Below the pieces are notes generated by a model. That model did no database searches and was not told where the DNA came from. It saw only the letters and a list, made by a program, of their open reading frames with translations. A stretch of DNA of 63,187 nt, the filler included, from Reclinomonas americana ATCC 50394 (Eukaryota): assembly GCA_048213135.1 (NCBI GenBank). It is 16 parts of 16 records of this genome, joined end to end, with 100 filler letters (N's around TTAATTAATTAA, not from the genome) between each part and the next. Parts side by side here need not be neighbours in the genome. Positions count along the whole stretch, not along the records: positions 47,735 to 49,938 come from AFZH01018716.1; positions 50,039 to 52,307 come from AFZH01018717.1; positions 52,408 to 54,528 come from AFZH01018718.1; positions 54,629 to 57,806 come from AFZH01018719.1; positions 57,907 to 60,396 come from AFZH01018720.1; positions 60,497 to 63,187 come from AFZH01018722.1; 10 more parts are not named here. One strand, given 5' to 3'. Positions 49,572-60,765 of the stretch are shown in pieces. The number at the start of each line of letters is the position of its first letter. Positions within the stretch are counted from its first letter, which is position 1. A program made the position numbers and the translations under genes.

Positions 49572-50450
49572 ATGGCTAGCAGCAGTGGAGTGAGCGGCGG
49601 TTCGGTGAGTGCGATTTGCAGCGATCATGTGCATGCGTGTTGTTGCTAATGTGGAAGGGAACGGTCAAACAGGGTTCAGAAGACGAGCACAAGGATGAGG
49701 CACCATCGCATCGCCCGCTGACTTGCCAAGAGGGAGAGATGGTGAACCTGGCTGTGCTGTGGTTCAAGGAAAACTTCCAGAAGGGCGGGCAGAAAGGTAG
49801 CGGCGCAACGCCAAGGGTGCCCCTCCGAGTGGTGCTGGCGGAAATCAATCTGTTCCTCAGGGAGACGGTGAGTGCCTCCTCGCGCAACGCGATCATAGCT
49901 TCTTCTCACGCTCTCTCTCTCTCTCTCTCTCTCTCTCTNNNNNNNNNNNNNNNNNNNNNNNNNNNNNNNNNNNNNNNNNNNNTTAATTAATTAANNNNNN
50001 NNNNNNNNNNNNNNNNNNNNNNNNNNNNNNNNNNNNNNCCCCTCATCACTGCGCTGTGCGCTCGACAGGGCCACGCCGGATGCCGACTTGAAAGACTACG
50101 CCGTGGAGCTGGGTATGAAGAGGGGCATTCTTCCGAACATTGATCCGAATGAGCCCTCGCGCGTGCCGTACCGCTACCAGTCGACCGTGGGGAGAAAAGT
50201 AGTGGCGACCACGGCCACATCACTCGGCCCCGTCGCCGGCAAGGAGCCGGTGGAGAACGACTGGTCCACGCCCATGGGTGCCGATGACGACGGTGCGCCG
50301 GCTGCACCGCCGCTGCGTCCACGTAAGCTGCGGAAGAAGAAGAGCAAGCAGCAGCAGAAGCAGCAGCTGAAGGATGAGAAGAAGAAGAAGAGGAAGGGGA
50401 AGGATGATAAGGCGACCGAGTCGAAACCAGGGTCGCGAGTAGATTTGTAA
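49572..50450 (+). CDS. Hypothetical protein with Lys-rich C-terminus; spans a gap
   Basis: ATG 49572 and G|GTGAGT donors. Coding-like exons MVNLAVLWFKENFQ.. and LKDYAVELGMKRGILPNIDP..RVDL*. Exon phase differs across the gap, so an exon may be missing. Confidence 0.5.
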
Positions 50451-51210
50451 AGTGGTGAGTTGAGACGAGGTGGTATTGGGAGCTCAGTGGAGATGCATCA
50501 CTCAACAGGGGAGAGAGAGAGAGAGAGATAGAGTGTTTGCATTCGGTATGGATTGACGGCGATGATCGATGCATTCAGTGTGCTGTGAGGAAGCTGGAAG
50601 TGTTCTCTCTCTCTCTCTCTCTCTCTGTGCACACAAACAGCATGCATGTATTGCGAAATCTGATTGTTCGAGTTGCGTTGCGGATGATGCCGCACTTGTC
50701 ACTTTCTTGTGACTGGTGTCGAGGAGGTGTGTGTTGTGGTACCTGGTTCATTCGTACGGTCAGCATGCAAGCACAGTGTTGAAAACGAATTTGAGATGCA
50801 GTCTCCCATGGTGTCGATTGTGTTTTACACAAGAATGCAGTGACTTTTTGTGGGGTAGATTGTTGTCGGGCTGGTCGTGGGAGGTGTTGCGGGGGCGGTG
50901 CATATCGATAACTGCGGTGCGGCGAGTTGCCAGCCGCTTCTGGCGCGTGTGTACGTGAAGTGACATGTTCTGCTCGTGCTGGGTCGCGATGCAAAGCTTT
51001 TCGTTCCTCATTGTGTTGTCCCTCAGCTTTTCGCAGTTGGTGCTAGTGTCTCGCTGAGTGCGGCGATCTGACTTCACAGTGCGTCCCGGCCGCGGTGTAG
51101 ATTTGTAGTTTGTGAGATACTCGCCGAGCGCTGTTCTCCTCTGTTTGTTTCTGTCGTTCTTCTCCACTTGTGTGGTTGTCTCATTGCGCTGCGTTGCAAG
51201 AGCTGCAGAG

Positions 51211-52307
51211 ATGAGTGGAGGAAACGATCGTGTCAACAACAAACTCGTGTGCGCCTCTCTCTCTCTTTGTGTGCACCACTCAGCTGTTTCGCGTTGCTGA
51301 TGATTCTTGCTTCCCTCTTTGTGCGCAGAGAGCCCGCTGTCGGTGGCCCTGCGTTGGTACAGCTCATGAGGGAGCAGAATATCAGAGAACTGAAGGCTGC
51401 AGTCGACTACGGAAGGCTCGAAAGTGAGCTTGCCGCATGCAAGCTTCAAGTTGCAGCCGAGCTTGCGAAGCGTGATGACGAGCTTCGCGCCGAACTAGCG
51501 AAGCGCGATGAGCTACGCGCCGAACTTGCGAAGCGCGATGCCGAACGCGATCGTGTGCGACTGGAGATGGATGAGCTTCATCGTGCGCTGGCTGCACGCG
51601 TAGCTGAACTTGCGCCGCGTGATGCCGGGCTTCGCGCTGAACTAGCGCAGCGTGATGCCGAGCGCGAAGACCTGATTGCAAAATGGATACACTCCGTCAA
51701 ATCCGGACGCGACGCGCAGGCAGTTGAGTATCCCTTCGCCTCGCACCTTCATCGCTTTTTCCGATGAGCTGATTTTAGTTTGTGGCATTCTTCCACAGCG
51801 GTTTCGGATCACGGGAATCAAAATGGCCAGGTGTGCTGCGTCTGGCGCCTTCCGGAATCTCAAGGCATGTATGGCCTGTCACATTGTGCCAGTCATGGTA
51901 CGTCCGGGCGTTGAATTTCTTTGTCGTGCTCTGCCCATTGATATCATCTGGCACACAGCGATGTGAGGAGTACACTGTGGACCACTGGTGCTGCCAAATG
52001 GCTCAGCAGCGACAGCCCCATGCTGTGTACTGTCCGCGGAACTGCATAATGCTTCCACCGAAGTTGCACGTTCGGTTTGACAACCTCAGGCTCTTCGTGA
52101 CGGTAACAGATCTAGAGATGATGATGCATCTGTTCTGCGTGTTGTTGTTACAATCACTTACCATGCATGTGTATTTGTTGCGTCGTGCCGTTCTTGCAGG
52201 CTGATGGTCGATTGTTTGACCTCGAAAGGGGAAGATGCCTCACCTGGCAAGATTCTCGTTCTGTCGACGACAGCGTGATCGACTTCGAGATCCGAGACGA
52301 TACGCTG
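51211..52307 (+). CDS. Coiled-coil + HNH-type endonuclease, copy A (truncated by gap)
   Basis: AELAKRDELR repeats. After intron 51723-51798: RCAASG..ACHIVP..NCIMLPPKLHVRFDNLRL, matching the eukaryotic HNH_2 pattern CxxSG..AHIxP..NxxxLxxxLHxxFD. Confidence 0.7.
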
Positions 52308-52407
52308 NNNNNNNNNNNNNNNNNNNNNNNNNNNNNNNNNNNNNNNNNNNNTTAATTAATTAANNNNNNNNNNNNNNNNNNNNNNNNNNNNNNNNNNNNN
52401 NNNNNNN

Positions 52408-54281
52408 AACTTGCGAAGCGCGATGCCGAACTCGATCGTGTGCGACTGGAGATGGATGGGCTTCATCGTGCGCTGGCTGCACGCGTAGCTGAACTTGCGC
52501 CGCGTGATGACGAGCACCGCGCCGAACTTGCGCAGCGTGATGCCGAGCGCGAAGACCTGATTGCAAAATGGACACACTCCGTCAAATCCGGACGCGAGGC
52601 GCAGGCAGTTGAGTATCCCTTCGCCTCGCACCTTCATAGCTTTTTCCGATGAGCTGATTGTAGTTTGTGGCATTCTTCCACAGCGGTTTCGGATCACGGG
52701 AATCAAAATGGCCAGGCGTGCTGCGTCTGGCGCCTTCCGGAATCTCAAGGCATGTATGGCCTGTCACATTGTGCCAGTCACGGTACGTCCGGACGTTGAA
52801 TTCTTTGTCGTGCTCTGCCCATTGATATCATCTGGCACACAGCAATGTGAGGAGTACACTGTGAACCACTGGTGCTGCCATATGGCTCAGCAGCGACAGC
52901 CCCATGCTGTGTACTGTCCGCGGAACTGCATAATGCTTCCACCGAAGTTGCACGTTCGGTTTGACAACCTCAGGCTCTTCGTGACGGTAACAGAGATGAT
53001 GATGCATCTGTTCTGCGTGTTGTTGTTACAATCACTTACCATGTGTATTTGTTGCGTCGTGCCGTTATTGCAGGCTGATGGACAATTGTTCGACCTCGAA
53101 AGGGGAAGATGCCTCACCTGGCAAGATTCTCGTTCTGTCGACGACAGCGTGATTTACTTCGAGATCCGAGACGATGCGCCGCCGAACCTGGATCGCAGCA
53201 AGGCGATTCACGTGTTTGCTGACACTGCGCACGTGCTTGCCAGATCCTGGTCGAAGCCGCACATGTCCCTTCTGCATCGACATGCAGAAAATTGTTTCGA
53301 ATGCTGTGTCACGAATGGTCTCGTGGACCTTGCAGCTGGTACCGCTGATTCGATAGCCCTTGTCGAGGCTGTGACGGGGCACATTTTGGCTCTGAAGGCG
53401 GCTGCGAGAGCTGAACAGAATCTGGATGATGAAGATGCAGTTGCGTGGACATTGCAACAAAGTCGGCAATTCGTGTGTACTGAACCGACCTTGCTAATGT
53501 GCACAGTGGACGTACAACGCGGCTATGTACTCGAACGCTGGGCGTCGATCTGGAGTGTCATCTCGTGGCGGGTGTGGATCGCGAGACGATGACGACGGCG
53601 GCGACGACGATGACGAGGATGGCGACGACGATGACGACGCTTGGAAGAATCGATCCGGCGGTAGCAAAGGCCGCACCCCGTCGACTGCCACTGGTAAGGC
53701 AGGTGCTGGCAAGGCAGGTGGTGCAGTTACTGCCCTCCGAAGGTCGCCCAGACTTGCAGAAGGCAGTGGAAACGTCGGCAAATCGAAAAGCTGCCTTCAT
53801 GGCGAAGACTACGAGGAGGCCGATGCTTGCCGTTCCCGACAACAGCAGTTGCTTGTTGATCTTGACAGCTGCTGCAGCGAGCTCGGGACTCTCAAACTCG
53901 GGGAAGTTCCGTGACCCCCGTCGATCTCTTTGTGTTTTGTGTGTCCTCGCACTCACTGTGCCTTCCATTTAGATTGTGTGCGAGGAGACCTTGTTGGAAG
54001 GGATCGACTTTCTCGATGCTGACGGGGGTGCAGAGGAGGAGGAAGACAACATCCGTCCGCGGTCGCACATGCCAGACGCCGAGTCGGAGCTGTCATTGAT
54101 CGACGACGACGGCGATGACGACGACGGTGCTCTCCGTCGCGCTCGTGGACATCTCGGCGGCGACTCGCGCGCGCAGTCGCCTTCTCTGCCGCACAAGCCG
54201 ATCGCGATTCATGGCCTGCCTGAGATGACTGTGATGCCTTATGCGTCGCCCACTGGCGATGCATGCGCTGCTCGTCAATGA
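52408..54281 (+). CDS. Coiled-coil + HNH-type endonuclease, copy B (5' end in gap), acidic C-terminal tail
   Basis: Near-identical to copy A over ~770 nt. Continues KPHMSLLHRHAENC, then introns 53440-53506 and 53906-53972, to a stop at 54281. Confidence 0.7.
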
Positions 54282-55191
54282 GCATGAGCATTTAGCAGCG
54301 CTCCGTGTTCTAACAACAAGAACACACGACACCCTCCATAGAATCTCTCTCTCTCTTGCTTTCCTGCTCTCTCTCTCTCTCTTCAGTATTGCAGCGCAGA
54401 CACCACTGAGAATGAAAGAACACACTTTGCGTCACCAGTGATCGCATGGCGAACCCCGCTTGCCAGGCAGTCGGTTTCCCACGCATTTCGGCGCCAAACT
54501 TGTGTCATGAGTCATCTCGTTGACGGAGNNNNNNNNNNNNNNNNNNNNNNNNNNNNNNNNNNNNNNNNNNNNTTAATTAATTAANNNNNNNNNNNNNNNN
54601 NNNNNNNNNNNNNNNNNNNNNNNNNNNNTGATTGAGAGAGTGAGTGTGACACAGAGAGAGAGTGAGTGAGAGAGTGAGTGAGAGAGAGAGAGAGTGAGTG
54701 AGTGAGTGTGCGTGTGTGTATGTGTGTGTGTGTGAGAGAGAGAGTGTGTGTGTGAGCGCGTGAGTCTGAGGAAACGGACATGTCACTCTCTCTCTCTCTC
54801 TGTGTGTCTCTGTGCTGTCGCGGTCGTTTGGTGTGTGCGTGTGTCATTGTGGCTATCACATTCTCTCTCTCTCTCTCTCATTGTCGCATTCAGTTTGTTC
54901 ATTTTGATGTGATTGTGGAAGCCGGATATAGATCCCTCGCAGTGTGTCTCCTGCTGTTTCTTGTTTTGTGTCTCTGTGGCCTTGCCGCTCGCTGTATGCC
55001 TCACTGGTTCATCCTTCATTCCAATCTCTCTCTCTCTCTCTCTCTCCCCGTCATTCCCGCGTTTCTTGTCTCTGCTGTTCACTCTTCTTTCCCCTCCAGC
55101 GCCTGGCTCTCGTCCACTCCCTCTCGCATGTCCTTCGTATTCTCACTGTCTTCGAACGTCTCTGGTTAATCTTGTAGAGGTTTCTGCGCTT

Positions 55192-55226
<35 letters not shown>

Positions 55227-55554
55227 TTGTCATTGGTTTGAGCGTCACCGCATTCCCGCGTTCCTTGTCTTGACGATTCACTCTTCATTCCAGCTCCTGC
55301 CTCTCGCCCGCCCGCATTCTCATCGTCTTCGATCTGTGCGTGCTCTCATCGTCTGTTGCTGTGCTTCCACCTCGTCTCCCGATGCATTCCCTGCTCAACA
55401 TCTGTGCCGTCAAGTTGCTCGTCTCATTTTCAGTGTTTCTCTTTCTTTGCATCATGCTTTTTCGGTTTGCCAATGAGTGAGGACCAGATGCCGAGCTTGT
55501 TGCTACAATTGTGCTCGCATGTTCCATTCATTCACATTCCCTCTTCACCCGCAG

Positions 55555-57477
55555 CTCTTTCTCGTCGGATCGGTCCCTCTCAAGACCTACCTTCCCGATG
55601 GCGATATTGATCTCACGTTGCGCCCTCTCCATTTTGCATTTCAGCCGTACATTACGTGCTGTGCTCATCCCGTCGATGCAGCATCTTTTTGCCGGAAGAG
55701 CCACCGGACAGCCTGTGGTTTGAATTGCGTTCCACATTCAAGGAGTTGGAGAGACGATCTGCGGACTCGCCATTTTTGCGCGTGCGCGACACGCTGCTCA
55801 TCATGCACGCCGAGATCAAGTTGTTGAAGGTGTTTGTGGATGACCTCCAGTGCGACATTACAATTAATCAGCTGGCCGGTCTGTCGACGTTGTGTTTGTT
55901 GGAAAAGGTGAGTCTGCTGTTGGACGGAGAAGAGGGAGAAAGAGTGAGCGAGTTTGAAGACGGCAAAAGTGTGGTATTTGACTTGTGGTAGAAACAGAAG
56001 GAGAAGTTCAGGCGGATGACTCTCTTCCTCTCGATGTGTACTCATCTGTGTGTTGGGGTAGTTGAGTTGAGCGCAGATGTGTTGGAGGTTTGTTCCCTCC
56101 TCACTTTTTTTCATCTCCTGTCACACCGGAAGGGTGGTCAAAAGAAAGAGGGTCAGAAATCTAGTCATACTTCGAGAGAATGAAGGGGGATGGCTCAAAG
56201 GCAGCACACCAATCAGCCCGTGAGTGAGTGCGTGTGTTGCGCCACCTTACAGCAGAGTACCTTGATCTGTGCTTTGGTTTGCTTTTGCTTGACTTGTGAG
56301 AGAGTACGCGTGTCACAACAGAGTCAAGCTCTTCGTCTGCGAGTGTGTTGTTTCGACTGTCCTCGTCCTTTTCTCCTCCTCCATTTTCACCTCTTCCCCT
56401 TTTTTCCCTTGCTCTCCCTTCCTCTCTCTTCCTCTCCCTTCCCTCTCCCTTCCCACTCCCTTCCCCTTACCTCCCACCCTCACACCTCGCGTCGCAGATG
56501 GACATGACGATCGGCCACAACCACCTCTTCAAGGAGAGTGTGATTTTGGTCAAGGCCTGGTCGCTGTACGAGAGTCGCATCCTCGGCTCGCACCACGGTC
56601 TCCTCTCGACCTACGCTCTCACCACGATGGTGCTCTACATCTTCAACAAGTTCCACGCCGAGCTGCGCACGCCACTGCAGGTGTGTGTGGCCGTATCAAT
56701 AGGATTGTAGGGTGTGCGAGTGTCGCTCACTTTCTTTGCAGGCGTTTCACAAGTTTCTCGACGTGTTCAGTCGGTTCGATTGGGAACATTTTGGAATCTC
56801 TATGCTCGGCCCATTTCGCGTGTCTGAGCCGCCAGTGCCGGTCGTGGTGGAAGGTTTGATGCGCTCTCTTGTTGATTTTGATCTCTTCCTCTCGTCAGTC
56901 CCCTTCCCACTCTCGTTTGACGAATCTAGTCGCTTTCCCATCGTCTTGGTTCCACTTTTCGCTCCTTCCCACCCACCCACCCTCCCTCTCCCTCTCCCTC
57001 TCCCTCTCTTCCCTCTCTTCCCTCTCTCTTGTCTCCCTCTCCCTCTTCCACTCGTCGTTTCCCCTTCCCCTCACCTCATTCTCCCCACTCCCAGCCCCGA
57101 GCACCCCTCTCCTCTTCGACCTGCAATCCTTGTCGAAACTGCGCGCGGCATACGTCGGCCGCGCCACCAATGCCGGCCTCGAAGGCCGCGCCTTCATCAA
57201 GAAGAACATGAACGTGTTGGACCCGCTGCGCGACACCAACAATATCGGTCGCAGTGTGTCGCGCACCTCGTTCCTGAGAATACGACGGGCCTTGTGTCGA
57301 GGTCGCGACATTCTCGACCGCGTGCTGTCCAACGCACGCCGCAATAACACACTGCTGCTGGCGCGCATGTTCCGCAATGTGGTTGTGCGCTGCGGCCGAT
57401 TGCAGCGTTCGAAGAGAGATGCTGCTGTGGACGCCGAGCTGGACTCGGCAGTGGAATTGATGCTTGCCACGCAGCAG
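55555..57477 (+). CDS. Non-canonical poly(A) polymerase-like nucleotidyltransferase (NTase + PAP/OAS1 substrate-binding domain), partial at both ends
   Basis: GSVPLKTYLPDGDIDLT, AEIKLLKVFVDDLQCDITINQLAGLSTLCLLE, LFKESVILVKAWSLYESRILGSHHGLLSTYAL, FLDVFSRFDW, MNVLDPLRDTNNIGRSVS. Confidence 0.9.
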
Positions 57478-57943
57478 GTGGGTGATTGAGTTTGATGATG
57501 GGAAGGAGAAAGAGAGAGAGAGAGAGAGAGATAGAGAGGAATCCAGAATGACACAACAGAGCGATGGGCGTGTGTGTCTATAGACGTTCAGATATCAAAA
57601 ACTTGAGAAAATGAGTGCGTGCCTCGTGTGAGCTAGAGGGATGCGATGGAGTGTGGAACTCGGAGCAATCATCGCTCTATCCATTGCTGGTGCAGCGTGT
57701 TCGTTTTGTTTCTCTCGCCTTCCATCCTCTTCCCTTCTTTCGCCTTCACTCCAATATCCATCCCTTTCTTATTGCTGTCGCCACCACCCACACCTCTTCG
57801 CTCCTGNNNNNNNNNNNNNNNNNNNNNNNNNNNNNNNNNNNNNNNNNNNNTTAATTAATTAANNNNNNNNNNNNNNNNNNNNNNNNNNNNNNNNNNNNNN
57901 NNNNNNGCTGTTGAGATTTTCGTACTGTTCTAAGCCTCGTCTT

Positions 57944-57983
<40 letters not shown>

Positions 57984-57992
57984 GGGTTGCAG

Positions 57993-60120
57993 TTGTGTGA
58001 TTTGGGGCTGGCGCGCAGCGTGGATGCCGAGGACATTGAGCGGAAGAAGATGACGCTGTATGTGAGGTACGTGACTCGATACGTGACGTGAGGAGGATTG
58101 TTACTTATTGATCGTGTACGCTGCCTGCAGCACGCGGTGGTATCGTTGCGTGGGTGCGAGAAGGGCGGGGGGCGAGAGATGTGGTTGAGTGGGGAGTAGT
58201 AAGGAATGGAAGGGAGAGGAGAATAGTTCTGTTTTCAGAAAGGATGGAATAGTGAGAGATGAGGCTGCTTGAAAGGAACGGGCGCTAGCTTGCGAGTTAG
58301 AGAGGGAAGGAGAACAAGACGCGTGTAAGGAACAGGAGAAGAGAGCTATGAGACGAGAGAAAAAGAAGAATGAGGGAGAAGGGAGAGAAAGGTGCTGATG
58401 TGCAGCTTCTGTGGTGACAGATCTAGAGGGAAGGAGAACAAGACGCGTGTAAGGAACAGGAGAAGAGAGCTATGAGACGAGAGAAAAAGAAGAATGAGGG
58501 AGAAGGGAGAGAAAGGTGCTGATGTGCAGCTTCTGTGGTGACAGATCTAGGTTGGTGAGAATGGTGAAGATACGTGCGCATACTTTTAAGAGAAGCAGGG
58601 CAGCCGTTTATGTGCACTATTCTGTGGTGACAGGCTCGTGAGAGAGGCTGCTTGTAAGGAATCGACGCGTATTTGTTCAGGGAGAGAGAGGGCAAGTCGA
58701 ATATGTGCGCTATTCTGTGGTGATGGGCTGAGAGAGAGATCCTTGTTGAAAGGAATTGGTGGTTATATGTGCGATAGAGAACGAGGAAGAGAAAGAGCAA
58801 AGCGTTTGCGTGCAGTGTTCTGCAGTGACAAACAGGCGAGAGAGGTTGCTTGACAAGAACTGGCGCTTACCTGTGTGAGAGAGAATGAGAGAGAGAGAGA
58901 GAGAGAAAGAGAGAGCAAGTTTGTAAAGTAGGCAGCAGGATTTCGTGAGCGACATGGGCACAAGAAGCACTCTGGCTCGCCCAGTGTTCTAACCGTTCGT
59001 GCTCTCTCCAGGACCCCCCGAGATCATCATGGAATCACGGGAGTATTCATTCAATGATATCCTTTTTGCTGCTCGTCGTCTCTTTGTTACTTGGCACGCC
59101 TCGATCCTTGACTCGTCTCCTCTCACCCGACGTGTGGTCGCTGGGTGTGATGCTGGCCGAAATGTATGCAGGCGAGCCGATTATTCAGGGAGCGTCTTGT
59201 TGCGTCGCAGACCACGATGACTGAGAGGCAGACCGCGATAGTTGACATGATCTTCGTGCAGATCGAGAGCAGCTGACTCGCACACTGGCCATTGTCGGCA
59301 CCCCGGATGTGAGCCGCATTAGCACGTGGGCGTCGGCGGGAGTTGCGTGGCGGTGGAAAGAGAGGGAGGAAGAGGGGAGGGGAGGGAGACGAAAAGAGAG
59401 AAATGCAAGGGGAGGAGGAGAAAAGAAGAGAATCACAATCGGAAAAAGGAGGTTATGTGAGCGGAACGGGAGAGACAAAGCAAATAGAGAAGAGTAAGGC
59501 AAGAGGAGATGGATTGCCAAACGAGAGGCCACCAGATAGAGAGCAAAAAGTACAACTGCTTCGAGGGAAATCGTTCTGCGAGAAGATGATTCGGGTGACA
59601 GCAACTTTCTTTCCGCGAAAACAAGTGTTTCCCGTCGCCATCCTCACCTCGCATCCACAGGCCTACTCATTCCTCAGCAAGCACCCGCCGCAACCGCGTC
59701 AAGACCTGGCCGCCGTTGTCCACCAGCCTGCAGACGGTTTGCACGCCAGCGCATTCGTCTACTCCCTCGAGCTCGTCCTTGTACCCACTCATCTCGCGCA
59801 GCTGCTGTCGTCGACCTGCTCGATCACATGCTGCAATTCAATCCCGACGATCGCTACTCGCTCCAGCAGGTCATGGTGCATCCGTACTTTGACGAGGTGC
59901 GCGAGGGCCCCGTGGATCTGGTGCCGCTGGAGCCCGTCGACTTTAGCTTTGAGCGCGATATGACGATTGCGCATATCAAGGGTGAGCAGGGAGGTGCAGA
60001 AGGGGAGGGGAGGAGAGAGAGAGAGGTGCGAGAGAGTGAAGCTCACCAACGTGCACTGCAGAGGAGGTGTGGAACTGCATCCGCGCCTTCCATCCCGACT
60101 TGTCGCCGATACCCGAGTGA
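57993..60120 (+). CDS. MAP kinase (TxY = TLY), 5' half not located (upstream of gap)
   Basis: Spliced: LCDLGLARSVDAEDIERKKMTLYVSTRWYRPPEIIMESREYSFNADVWSLGVMLAEM..IIQGASYREQL..VGTP..VDLLDHMLQFNPDDRYSLQQVMVHPYF..FHPDLSPIPE*. Confidence 0.92.
58301..58548. repeat. Near-perfect tandem duplication, 2 x 124 bp, in a MAPK intron
   Basis: AGAGGGAAGGAGAACAAGACGCGTGTAAGG...CTTCTGTGGTGACAGATCT starts at 58301 and again at 58425. Confidence 0.92.
59057..59126 (+). other. U12-type (minor spliceosome) AT-AC intron, 70 nt
   Basis: 5' ATATCCTTT; branch TCCTTGAC at 59105-59112; 3' CAC. Removing it gives AAT G|CC GAC GTG TGG = N-A-D-V-W, restoring kinase subdomain IX. Confidence 0.95.
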
Positions 60121-60161
60121 TGTAAATGAACTGGTCCGAAATTCCCAATCACTATGTACAC

Positions 60162-60396
60162 TCACACCAACGCACCATGCCTGTCAAACAACAAATAGTA
60201 TCGTCGCGTCAGATTCTGGAAGAAGATCCACAGTAACCTGACCGCCGAGGCCACCTCCACCACCACAAATATGACCACCACGGCCAGTGGCGCCATATCA
60301 AACGGCATGCGCTTCGGGCCGACCACACCCAGGTAGCCGGCAATGCCGAGTGGCACCACCGACAGCACACAAAAGAAGAACAGACGCCAGCCACTC
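60162..60396 (-). CDS. C-terminal fragment of a TMEM17-like membrane protein (rest beyond the gap)
   Basis: LFFFCVLSVVPLGIAGYLG..RMPFDMAPLAVVVIFVVVEVASAVRLLWIFFQNLTRRYYL resembles the last two TM helices and tail of TMEM17. Confidence 0.5.
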
Positions 60397-60765
60397 NNNN
60401 NNNNNNNNNNNNNNNNNNNNNNNNNNNNNNNNNNNNNNNNTTAATTAATTAANNNNNNNNNNNNNNNNNNNNNNNNNNNNNNNNNNNNNNNNNNNNTCTT
60501 CTTCTTCTTCTTCTTCTTCTCCTCCTGCTTCTGCTTCTCTTTCTGCTTCTGCTTCTCTTTCTTCTTCTTCTTCTTCTCCTCCTTCCTTCCTTCCTTCCTC
60601 CTTCTCCTTCCTCCTTCCTCCTCCTTCTCCTCTTTCTTTCTCCTCCTCCTTCCTCCTCGCCATCTCCTTCCTTCTCCTCCTCCTTCTTCCTCTTCTCCTC
60701 CTCCTCCTCCTCCTTCTTCTTCTTCTTCTTCTTCTCTCTCCCTGACCCTGCGCCACCCATTCCAG

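Noticed and set aside
50436..50450. C-terminal RVDL as a KDEL-like ER retention signal
   Set aside because: The predicted N-terminus has no signal peptide and the model is broken by a gap.
51727..51736. GTATCCCTT as a possible U12 donor (also GTATCCT near 17190 on the minus strand and at 33163)
   Set aside because: Imperfect consensus and no matching U12 branch site. The frame at 51727 is explained by the donor at 51723; the others lie near an acceptor or outside gene models.
58145..59011. Non-canonical TT-AG introns (cleavage at G|TTGCG)
   Set aside because: That cut leaves one extra exonic base and breaks conserved frames; GT-AG boundaries restore the motifs exactly.
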